IMG/VR virus record: IMGVR_UViG_3300042516_004811
Location: 1-64,000 of that record
DNA from: a virus
Direction: 5' to 3' (one strand)
Length of the DNA stretch: 64,000 nt
The position numbers and the translations under genes were made by a program. The first letter of the stretch is position 1; every line of letters starts with the position of its first letter. The notes below the pieces were generated by a model. That model ran no database searches. It was not told the origin of the DNA and saw nothing but the letters and a program-made list of their open reading frames with translations. Shown here one piece after another: positions 27,195-35,587 of the stretch.

Positions 27195-27440
27195 TTGTCT
27201 GAGGATGCATGGACCTGGTTTATCTTCGGTATGGAGCTAGTCGGAATCGCCGGCCTCTATAACGCAGGAAAGCGCCATTGGTGGGGATGGGCAATGGTCC
27301 TGGCCTCCGCTATCCCATGGTTCGTGTACGCCGTAATCTTCGATAAGCCAGGATTCGCAGCAATGAGCCTGCTCTGGATATCTGTCCACACCAGAAACAC
27401 TGTCAAGTGGTATCGGGACAGACACAACAAGACTCAGTAG
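27195..27440 (+). CDS. small PnuC-like membrane protein
   Basis: Three TM segments, WWGW motif. Confidence 0.5.
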   Translation: MSEDAWTWFIFGMELVGIAGLYNAGKRHWWGWAMVLASAIPWFVYAVIFDKPGFAAMSLLWISVHTRNTVKWYRDRHNKTQ

Positions 27441-27722
27441 ATAAGTCTCATCAGAGGGGAAAACAAACGCGCGTTTTTCCTTCCACGTTTGCAAATCCCG
27501 CATAGGTCTCAAATACCCCATAGGCGTAGTAAGACAGACACTATAGGGAGTACATAGACAGTAAAGAACTTGAGTTTGTTTTTCATCGCAGTAGAACACT
27601 GTGCCTGAACGGTTCTTACAGGCAATCCCCACCTACCACATCTTTTACAGCAACTACTTGCCTTTTCCGGAGACGTAATTACATGATAGTAATTATGCCG
27701 TTCGTCTAAAAAAGGTGCGTTA

Positions 27723-28091
27723 ATGCAGAACTCTAGCTCTGGAATTCCAGATAAAACACCCACACAAAAATACGGTAATAAAAGTTCCACACCAGAATCG
27801 TCTACTGATATACCTGATAAAACGTGGTTTGACAGTGCAGCTTGCAAAGGGAAAACCGAACTAATGTTCCCCAAACAACATAAGGACATTACCTATATTG
27901 CACAGGCAAGGGCTATCTGTAAGTCGTGCCCAGTGAAGCCCCAGTGCTTAGAGTACGCCTTGGAGTTCCCACCTGCCGATATGCATGGGGTATGGGCCGG
28001 CCTGACTAGCAGACAGTTGGCACAGGAACAGAGAAAGCGTAAGATAAAGCCAGTTAGACCAACACTGGCACAGATGTGGGGGGAACAATGA
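27723..28091 (+). CDS. whiB: WhiB-family Fe-S transcription factor
   Basis: W...AAC, C..CPV...CLEYAL, GVWAGL. Confidence 0.92.
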   Translation: MQNSSSGIPDKTPTQKYGNKSSTPESSTDIPDKTWFDSAACKGKTELMFPKQHKDITYIAQARAICKSCPVKPQCLEYALEFPPADMHGVWAGLTSRQLAQEQRKRKIKPVRPTLAQMWGEQ

Positions 28092-28304
28092 TTGACTATC
28101 TAGTAGTAATCGGCGGATGCGTCGGGTTTCTTATCTTTGCATTCTGGATAAAGAACCACTAGGCGTAACTGTGAAGCTGATTGACACAGAGACCAGAGAC
28201 TGGCTTAGCACGATAACCGACTTCCTGGCTATAGGGCTTATACCCAGCTTCTTCCACACTGTCTATATGGTGAACAAGCTAGTACGCAAGGTAAAGGGTT
28301 CGAA

Positions 28305-28379
28305 TGGAGCCCCCGGACAGGATTGAACTGTCGACCTACCGCTTACAAGGCGGTTGCTCTACCACTGAGCTACAAGGGC
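28305..28379 (-). tRNA. tRNA-Thr(UGU)
   Basis: Cloverleaf GCCCTTG/CGGGGGC, D arm GCTCAGTGGTAGAGC, anticodon loop CT-TGT-AA, T loop TTCAATC, encoded CCA. Confidence 0.95.
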
Positions 28380-28649
28380 GAAGGCCCCCGCCTGAATCAA
28401 CCGTGCCTTCCCACATTTCTCCGTGCGATAAGCAATCCAGGCGAGGGCAAGGGGAAGTATATCTCGCCGGCTCCAAAACACAAGGGGCAAAAAAGTGCCG
28501 AAAAGCTTGGGGGTACGGGGGTAAAAAAAATTTTGGCGAGTTTTGTCGTTGGCAAAATACAAATTATCTTCTATCTCTAATTTCACTAAACTGATTGCGC
28601 GCGCAACTATTCGGCATGCAGCAGCGTTTGTGGCCGGCGATTCGGCTAT

Positions 28650-28994
28650 TCAGAAGATGCGGAGATTGCAGGTCTCACAAAATTGCATGTCATTTAATTG
28701 CACAATTTTTTTGGTGCAATCTTTTTGACCGCATGGCTGCAGGATGTGTTCGCCTCTGATGTAGGCCAGCACTGTTTCATCGATTGATGGGATGGAGAAT
28801 TGCGCCGAGCCTGGCGAGGGGATGCCTTTGTCTCTGCGGATGAAATCCCAGACGGCATACAGAATGACATCGTTTACTGATAAGCCCTTCTTGCGGGCAT
28901 AGTCGATGATTTCGTTCTTCTGTCTACCCTTTAGACGGATGTTGAGGGTGACGAAGTTATCTACCCAGCGGGTCTTCTCTGCCTTACGCCCCAT
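28650..28994 (-). CDS. ribbon-helix-helix protein with a C-terminal Zn ribbon
   Basis: VTLNIRL...KNEIIDYARKKGLSVNDVI; C....C...CETC. Confidence 0.7.
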   Translation of the reverse strand: MGRKAEKTRWVDNFVTLNIRLKGRQKNEIIDYARKKGLSVNDVILYAVWDFIRRDKGIPSPGSAQFSIPSIDETVLAYIRGEHILQPCGQKDCTKKIVQLNDMQFCETCNLRIF

Positions 28995-29154
28995 CGCGCT
29001 CAACCAGGGCCTGTATGTAGGCGGTGAGCGTCAGGTCAACGGCGGAGGATTGTTCTATGAGCTTCTCTTTGAACTCTTTGGTGACGCGCAGGGTCAAGGT
29101 GACCACTGGCTTCGTTGGCACGCTGACTGGACGTCCGGGGTTCCGCTTCATCAT
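28984..29154 (-). CDS. small ribbon-helix-helix DNA-binding protein (not in the ORF track)
   Basis: MMKRNPGRPVSVPTKPVVTLTLRVTKEFKEKLIEQSSAVDLTLTAYIQALVERDGA; TAAATT 7 nt upstream. Confidence 0.7.
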   Translation of the reverse strand: MMKRNPGRPVSVPTKPVVTLTLRVTKEFKEKLIEQSSAVDLTLTAYIQALVERDGA

Positions 29155-29319
29155 GCCAGCGAATTTACTGCAATATGAAAGCCCTCATTGCAACTACCAG
29201 GCCAACTATCCAAAAAATCCTCAACAGGAATGGGGCCTTCGAATAGGCAATCTTGTAAATGGTTACAGTAGAAGCCACCAGCAATATGGCAAGTAGAAAG
29301 TTCCTCATTTATTTACCCT

Positions 29320-29823
29320 TCAATTGTTGTCTGATTTTTTTGGGGCCGGCGGAACGGCGTACTTTTCTGCCTCTATCTCATTGACTATACGTTCGTATGT
29401 CTTGCAGAAAGCTTCTCTATCTGAATTGGTGTGCATGGCATATGCCGGCTCCCCAATCTGCTTCACAGTTAATTTGAGTGCATCTGATACGGGTATCGAT
29501 GGAGGCATACCGGAATGCACCTCTTTTGAAAGGGTAATCCATTTACCCCAAGCAACAAGGGGTTCATCGAATTGGGGCATTTTTGTACGGGCATCAATTG
29601 TGGCACGTCTGATGATTCCGGGTCGCGGCATGAACTCTGCCCAGACTGCCATCTTCAGAAACGCGGCTTTTGTCTCTTCGTATCCCAGGTCGTGCAGTAG
29701 CTCCCACCAGGCGGTGTAGAGATTCTTTATATCCTCATCCCGCTGAGGGAGCTCTTTGGCGTAACTGGCGTGCACCTGGTCTACTAGAGATATCAGCTCT
29801 TCTTTGGTCATGAGTCGAGCCAC
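29320..29823 (-). CDS. helicase loader/inhibitor (G39P-like)
   Basis: AW.ELL.DL.YEE..AA......FMPRPG..R; follows the initiator-like gene. Confidence 0.55.
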   Translation of the reverse strand: MARLMTKEELISLVDQVHASYAKELPQRDEDIKNLYTAWWELLHDLGYEETKAAFLKMAVWAEFMPRPGIIRRATIDARTKMPQFDEPLVAWGKWITLSKEVHSGMPPSIPVSDALKLTVKQIGEPAYAMHTNSDREAFCKTYERIVNEIEAEKYAVPPAPKKSDNN

Positions 29824-30185
29824 TTCTGTTTGGCTGAGCTGGATTTGGTCTTATCGAGCTCATCATGAAAGCGCTCTACATGTTCTGCATCTCTAAAGAT
29901 GAGCGTAATGTCGTTGTAGGCAGTCTTGCGATTGTTCTGGCCCATATGGAACGGGGAGGCCTTGCAGCCGTCGATTGCGTCTCTGGCTCCATCTAGGCCG
30001 TATACAGCAATTGCCCAGCCGATGTCACGTGCGCGCTTGGTGTCCATTACTGCGCGCTTCTTGCCCATGACCTCTTTCCAGTAGTCGAATACTTCCTGTA
30101 CGAGAGTCATAGAGACAGTCTTTGATAGTTCTGTCTTTGACTTGTTGTGGGCGTTCTGACCCCGCCCCTTTGGTGTAGTAGTCAT
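29808..30185 (-). CDS. phage replication-initiator C-terminal-like protein
   Basis: VQEVFDYWKE...R...AIDGC...ITLIFR; leaderless after TTGACG-N18-TAGAAT. Confidence 0.5.
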   Translation of the reverse strand: MTTTPKGRGQNAHNKSKTELSKTVSMTLVQEVFDYWKEVMGKKRAVMDTKRARDIGWAIAVYGLDGARDAIDGCKASPFHMGQNNRKTAYNDITLIFRDAEHVERFHDELDKTKSSSAKQKWLDS

Positions 30186-30684
30186 CTGTGGCATTCTATC
30201 CCCGTTCTTCCGCCAGCGTCAATCAGATATTGTATTTGGATTGAGTCCAAAGTTTGAATTTATCCATTTTGAATTTTGAACAGACTTCACCTTAAACCCC
30301 TGTTAGAAACTTAATTCTCTTACTTAACTTGATGAGTAATTCTTGGAAAAGAATCTGTCTCATCTACAGAAGAGAATACAAAGCAGAAGAAGTAAAGAAC
30401 TTACTTTGGAGGGGGGTCTGGGGGGAACCTTTGCAAATACTTTTGCATTTGGGCATGCCAGAACCCACCAGGATTTGGTGGTCGTTTTTTTCTAGGTGGT
30501 GGGTGTATGCCTACACCGAATGAATCATTCTCTCGCTCTATTGAGCTCGATGAGGAAACACTATAGCGACTCTTCCACCACCGTCAACTACCTCCCGTAA
30601 GATTTTTTTGCCGGCGACGGATTTTGTTACAGTATTAGAACTATTTACACCATTCACGTGTTACATGTGTGGTATTTTAGCGGG

Positions 30685-30791
30685 GCTCCGATACGAAGTT
30701 CCCCCTTTCGCTTCGTAGAGGGGCAGGGTGCCGGGTTGAGCTTGGGATGGGTTGGTAGGTGGCCATCCTAAGCTCCCCGGACCCGCTTTCT
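30685..30791 (+). ncRNA. candidate two-hairpin small RNA
   Basis: TGTGG-TATTTT extended -10 at 30668-30678; two long stems; no ORF. Confidence 0.55.
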
Positions 30792-30905
30792 CAGTAGCCC
30801 TTCAGCCTGAGCCAGACAGCTACTGCAGCGGTACGTAGTTTATTGAAAATCTTCGTCATGTTCATGCCGGCAAACATAGCCCAGCTTCGCCGGCCACAGA
30901 CTTAT

Positions 30906-31283
30906 CTACTTGTCCCACTCGTCGAACATGGGCCAGAAATCCATATTGGCCGGCCGGTTGCGCGGCGGATTCTTTCTTTTTTTCGACATCTCGTCTCGAG
31001 CTAGCCGGGCCAAGGTCTCATTGTCCGGTTTATAACTAGTCGGATGCCGGTCCATTGCCTGCTTTTTTTGCTTTTCTCGTTCTTCCTTATGTGCACTCTC
31101 ATGAAGTTCGATGTAGTCATAGATTTCATCCATAAATCCATCACTGTATTTCTTCTCTTCTTCGAGAGCTGCCCAGTAACGACGTCTGGTTTTCCAGGCC
31201 TCGATTGTTTTCGAATCCCAAAACCAAAGTACGTAAGCTAGCGCGTGCAGCGCCAGTACAAAAATTTCCCACTTTTTCATCAT
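30906..31283 (-). CDS. hypothetical membrane-anchored protein
   Basis: N-terminal TM segment, AAGGGGG RBS. Confidence 0.55.
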   Translation of the reverse strand: MMKKWEIFVLALHALAYVLWFWDSKTIEAWKTRRRYWAALEEEKKYSDGFMDEIYDYIELHESAHKEEREKQKKQAMDRHPTSYKPDNETLARLARDEMSKKRKNPPRNRPANMDFWPMFDEWDK

Positions 31284-31477
31284 TCCCCCTTGAGGTCTTC
31301 TTCGCCGGCCACAGCCTGCTCGATTTTTTTCATTTTTTGCTCGTGCTGCCAGATGAGCTCGTCAGCTACTCCGTCGTAATAACGTTCGAGATGCTCAAGC
31401 ATTTCGAGGTCAGGGTCTGGCCTGTAGTCGAAGTCATATGGGTCTGGCATGTTTTGAGCCTTTCTGGTTAGATTTAT

Positions 31478-31723
31478 CTAGAAGCTGGCTGCCTGGGCGG
31501 CAAGGGCGGCTGCCCCAATTTGTCCCTTTTGCTCAAAGCTCTCGGCGTCATAGATGGCGCCGCAGCCCATGCATAGATAGAGATGTCCATCCCATGGCCC
31601 ATGAATGTCGGGTTCCACTAGGGTGCCGTCTTCAAGGCACGCGTAGAAACCATTGATGTGGGGTTCGTTGCCGCAGTGACAAACGAGCCAGTGTTTACTT
31701 GACTTTAAATAGTCGAGTGTCAT
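31478..31723 (-). CDS. small Zn-finger protein
   Basis: CHCGN...CMGC, AAAGGA RBS. Confidence 0.6.
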   Translation of the reverse strand: MTLDYLKSSKHWLVCHCGNEPHINGFYACLEDGTLVEPDIHGPWDGHLYLCMGCGAIYDAESFEQKGQIGAAALAAQAASF

Positions 31724-32048
31724 TGACCAATCCTTTAGTAGTTAATTGAGGTCTTATTTTATTTGATGCCGGCGAAAAAATCAAATAGGCCAAATAGTGA
31801 CCGGTTCACATCCGCCGTCGAAGTAATCCTTGAGTGCTTCGTCCTGGCCGCAGGAGGAACAAATTTCCGTTTTATTGTCGGCCCTGGAGAGAGCTCCGAC
31901 GTACATCCCCCATTGTTCGTTATTTGGAATCAAATTTGTTGCACAACGCGGGCACGTCTTCTTAATACGTTCAGTAATCACGATTTTCTCATTTCTAGTA
32001 ATGGCCTATTAGGTTGGCCTAACCTTTGTGGCTTTCCACCACCGTCAA

Positions 32049-32780
32049 TCACTTCCTTGAGTCATTGATTAGCGGTAGGAGGAACCAGCCCCTCTCCCAC
32101 ATCATACCGATGGCGGAGTACCCAATGATGTCTAGGTACGTGTCGGTAACACTTTCGTTAGCCGACTCCCCGCCACGGAAGAGGTGAAGATTTTTCAGTC
32201 TGGCAATCTTGTCATGGCAGCGCACGAGTAGACCGTCCAGGCCAAACCGACTGATGTTCTCTGGACCGTAGTCAGTCTGCTTACGAATCAGGGTTTGTGT
32301 AATTTCTTCGCGGAGCATCCAGCTATCCAGGACGCCGGCCGATGCAGAATTTCCAAAATCTGGATGTTTTGCCATCTGGGCGTCGAGTGCATTCTTCATT
32401 AAATCGCTATTTTGAATGCCGGCAGCCGCAGCAATCGAGCCAAGAATTCGCCATTCTTCAACCCAGTACATCGAGTCACTTGAGAACCACTTCAGATTAT
32501 TGAGCATTCCCTCGAACTGAATGTCCAGGAGGTGGAGGCCTTCGAGAATATTGTTCAGTTTTTCATCAATACTGTCGACGCCGGCTGAGCTCACAATTCG
32601 TCGATTTTCTTCAGAATTTGAAAACGTGGAGACGTGGCCCAAAACCTTATCTACCGAGTCAAAAATCTGACAAACCACAATCTTGGCAGCATCCTGCCAG
32701 CGGTCTGGCTGCTGTGGGTTTATGTCTTCCACCACCGTCAACATCTTATCTACCTGTCCCCCATCGGGAAGTCGTCCCAT
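32049..32780 (-). CDS. DUF1599 / nucleotide-modification-associated domain protein
   Basis: RKQTDYG...GLLVRCHDKIARLKNL...ESV.DTYLDIIGYS. Confidence 0.75.
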   Translation of the reverse strand: MGRLPDGGQVDKMLTVVEDINPQQPDRWQDAAKIVVCQIFDSVDKVLGHVSTFSNSEENRRIVSSAGVDSIDEKLNNILEGLHLLDIQFEGMLNNLKWFSSDSMYWVEEWRILGSIAAAAGIQNSDLMKNALDAQMAKHPDFGNSASAGVLDSWMLREEITQTLIRKQTDYGPENISRFGLDGLLVRCHDKIARLKNLHLFRGGESANESVTDTYLDIIGYSAIGMMWERGWFLLPLINDSRK

Positions 32781-33220
32781 TTCTCGGGCGGATTAATCGC
32801 TAGCTCCATCTTAACCATCTCGGCCATCTTCTCCAACTCAGCCACCCACAGGTCTTCGCCCTGCGGTTGGAGCCCCGCTCTCTCTTCATCAAGAAACTCC
32901 TGAATATCAATTTGCTTCAAGGATTCAATAATGAAGTCGCGAGAAAATGCTGCGATAATAGAATTCTCGCCACCCCCGCGCATGAGCACTGGGCCCGGCT
33001 TATCATCCAGGGCAGAGGCTGGGACGTGAATGCCGGTCACGACGTACGGTCCATCGGTGTACAGAAAAACAATATTGCTTTCCCCGCTATCAATGTCCTT
33101 GAGTTGACTCTTCACTTCATGCACAACTTCCGCAGGCAAACCAGAGGCGTCCAGCATCTGGGTGAATTCCGTCTTTTCTGTACTGATTCGACGATTGATT
33201 GGGTCCTGGTCTTTGCTCAT
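32750..33220 (-). CDS. hypothetical protein
   Basis: ORF within the minus-strand run. Confidence 0.6.
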   Translation of the reverse strand: MSKDQDPINRRISTEKTEFTQMLDASGLPAEVVHEVKSQLKDIDSGESNIVFLYTDGPYVVTGIHVPASALDDKPGPVLMRGGGENSIIAAFSRDFIIESLKQIDIQEFLDEERAGLQPQGEDLWVAELEKMAEMVKMELAINPPEKWDDFPMGDR

Positions 33221-33319
33221 TTTGTCTCTTTTTCTGTTGTAGGTCTCGAGTAGCTCTACGTGAGCTCGATGGTAGATGTGTCAAATTTTTGATTTTTTAA
33301 ACATGCCGCAGCCGGCCGG

Positions 33320-33640
33320 TCACTTCCGCCCGATAATGCCGAAGTTGAAAAATGGACTAGATGGCTCATCGCGAGATTGTCCAAATTTTGGAAATCCACG
33401 CGGCCCCTGCGGCTCGTCCGCCTCAAGCTCATCTGGTGAAAAAAGTCCACTTTCATGAACTGTTTCGCTGGCCATGAAGATTGCCCCCCAGTAGCGCACG
33501 CCAAGTTCGAAGTCTTCTTCGCTGTCATGAGTGATTCGAATCTTTTCATAATTCTCGTGACTAGTTTCGATGGTGATGTCGATGTGGTAGACGTTCCCGT
33601 CATTGAACGGCGAAAAGTCCATAATTCTTCCAGCTTTCAT
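33320..33640 (-). CDS. hypothetical protein
   Basis: GAGGAGG RBS, ATGA coupling. Confidence 0.6.
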   Translation of the reverse strand: MKAGRIMDFSPFNDGNVYHIDITIETSHENYEKIRITHDSEEDFELGVRYWGAIFMASETVHESGLFSPDELEADEPQGPRGFPKFGQSRDEPSSPFFNFGIIGRK

Positions 33641-33894
33641 ATGGTTGCCTCCTCTTTGATTTCTTTGTTTTTAAAGACCATGAATCCAGGGATAGCGCTG
33701 TGACCCCAATACCTTGGGTCACAAAAAGCAGGTCCCGTAACCCATGGGTGTGAAAACCTTTCGACAGCATTAATGTCCTGGTCCTCAAGGATTTCTGTCA
33801 TCTCTTTCACGGCAGCGGACATAGCCTCTTCTGGAGATTCTGCTATGACGCTTATGCCGACCAAGACCTGGACGGTGTATTGATGTTTACTCAT
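33637..33894 (-). CDS. hypothetical protein
   Basis: AAGGGG RBS; AESPEEA motif common in small phage proteins. Confidence 0.6.
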   Translation of the reverse strand: MSKHQYTVQVLVGISVIAESPEEAMSAAVKEMTEILEDQDINAVERFSHPWVTGPAFCDPRYWGHSAIPGFMVFKNKEIKEEATI

Positions 33895-33909
33895 TTGGTT
33901 CCCCTTGGT

Positions 33910-34083
33910 TTAGTACTCGCAGCGCTGCCCGCCACAGCTTCCATAGTTCTTACAGAAACTCTGGTAATTGATGCAGTCTGGATTACGCGTGTCCTGCTTC
34001 TGGCTACGTGCGCGTTTGCGCTCAGCTTTGGCGCCACGTGACTTGCCGAACTTGTATGTAACAACAGTTCCTAATAGTCCCAT
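33910..34083 (-). CDS. small basic Cys-rich protein (not in the ORF track)
   Basis: MGLLGTVVTYKFGK...CINYQSFCKNYGSCGGQRCEY. Confidence 0.5.
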   Translation of the reverse strand: MGLLGTVVTYKFGKSRGAKAERKRARSQKQDTRNPDCINYQSFCKNYGSCGGQRCEY

Positions 34084-34199
34084 GGCACTACCTTATCCAC
34101 CACCGCAGATAATTGCAACCTACAAATTAATCACTCCAGTAAATTCAAAATCAAAAGGTTTAGTGACAAGCGAACATGTGTTCGTCTAGTATTCCTAGT

Positions 34200-34574
34200 A
34201 TGGACAACACCACAAAATTCAACATTTATATACAGGCTCTCGAGCAGTACATCGCCCGAGAAGGTAATTCGAAAATCCCGGCAACTTATGTCGAAAAAAT
34301 CGAAAATTCTGACATCTCACTGGGAGCTTGGGTTGGTTACATCCGTCAGAGATACCGCAAGCAAATTCTTTCTGATTCTCGCATCTCACGCCTGGAACAG
34401 ATTTCAGGTTGGCAGTGGGGTCCGTTCCAGCCAGGGCCGGCAACTGATGCTTCAAGAAATGAAACAATTCGCAATATGCGTGCCGCCGGAAAATCACTCA
34501 GAGAAATTGCGGATGAGTTTGATTTGTCTCGGCAGCGAGTTCACCAAATTATCAAGAAACTAAACATCGCCTAG
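34200..34574 (+). CDS. helicase-associated (HA) domain fused to a sigma-4-like HTH
   Basis: L..Y..REG...IP....LGAWV..IRQRY...L...W.W; SLREIADEFDLSRQRVHQI. Confidence 0.75.
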   Translation: MDNTTKFNIYIQALEQYIAREGNSKIPATYVEKIENSDISLGAWVGYIRQRYRKQILSDSRISRLEQISGWQWGPFQPGPATDASRNETIRNMRAAGKSLREIADEFDLSRQRVHQIIKKLNIA

Positions 34575-34621
34575 TACGTGGTCTTCCACCACCGTCAATT
34601 GGTTACCCGTAAGGAGACATC

Positions 34622-34930
34622 ATGCCGTCAAGAAAACCACATTATGGAAATGCCTTCGGGAGTTTCCCCCGTGCGATAACTGACCCGAAATCTACCGGGG
34701 CTCCAACCCGAGGGAAGGTGCAAAAGCACAGCGGGGCTCCAGTCGGAGCGCAGGCATTTGTCGGCTTTCTGTTTATCGTCGTGGTGAACTCGGCGGTGCT
34801 GTGGACTGGCGCACGGATTCTGCGCTCTGCCGAGGTGGTGTCTTGGAGTCTGTCTCTCGTGGAAGTCGTGAGCCTTGCGATTCTGTGGGTCGTGTGGCGA
34901 GCGATAGACCGAGCCACACATCGGCACTGA
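34622..34930 (+). CDS. hypothetical two-TM membrane protein
   Basis: AAGGAG RBS, two hydrophobic helices. Confidence 0.55.
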   Translation: MPSRKPHYGNAFGSFPRAITDPKSTGAPTRGKVQKHSGAPVGAQAFVGFLFIVVVNSAVLWTGARILRSAEVVSWSLSLVEVVSLAILWVVWRAIDRATHRH

Positions 34931-35098
34931 CGAGCCATGAGAGCCTGTCTCTCGTAGCCTGCCAGCGAGCCTCTGTGAGTGTCTGTGGAGCCGTGTGCCG
35001 GTCATCCCACACACAGAGCGTGTAGGTCACAAGAACGCATGTCAGAGCCATGACGGATAGAGCCAGTAGTAGGTAGATAAGTGCCATGAGTGTCCCTC

Positions 35099-35338
35099 TC
35101 ACTCGTTCTCTGCGTAATCGTCATCAAGGTTCATGTAGTCGCCCAACACTGCCAGTAAGTCATACTCGCCCATAGTGAGCGTGTCGTAATCCTTGACTGA
35201 CTTCTCAATGCTGTATCTGCTTTCCGTGATTTCTGCGAGCATGCCCGAGTAGTAGCGAACGAGTTTGGAAATCGTTTCACAGAGTTCATCAAGCAGTTCT
35301 TCTTCTCGTTCTTCTTTGGTAGTTGCTTGCGTGTTCAT
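35099..35338 (-). CDS. hypothetical acidic protein
   Basis: GAGG RBS. Confidence 0.55.
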   Translation of the reverse strand: MNTQATTKEEREEELLDELCETISKLVRYYSGMLAEITESRYSIEKSVKDYDTLTMGEYDLLAVLGDYMNLDDDYAENE

Positions 35339-35587
35339 TTCTAATACCTCTTTTTTTGACTCTATCGTTTATGTTCTGACTTATCTACCTGCATTGCCTG
35401 TGTCTCGTGTGTGGTACTAGGTAGATAAGTTGATTTTTTCGCTCGCCGTTGCCAGCCCCCCGATGGGCTTTCCTGAAAAGGAGCAACACAGTCAGCCCAC
35501 CGAGGGGCGAGCATGGTACAGGTAGATAAGTCCACCTGTCACGCCGAGAGCAGTGGGGCTTGCGCCCCACCACTCCTAGCGAGGCTT

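Noticed and set aside
28305-28316. tRNA-Thr 3' end (CGGGGGCTCCA) resembles the right arm CGGGGCTCCA
   Set aside because: A short GC-rich match with one indel; the terminal A is not conserved among elements and there is no T arm, so an att or tRNA-mimic link is unsupported.
28304-28594. 96-aa ORF MEPPDRIELSTYRLQ...
   Set aside because: Typical shadow translation antisense to the tRNA gene.
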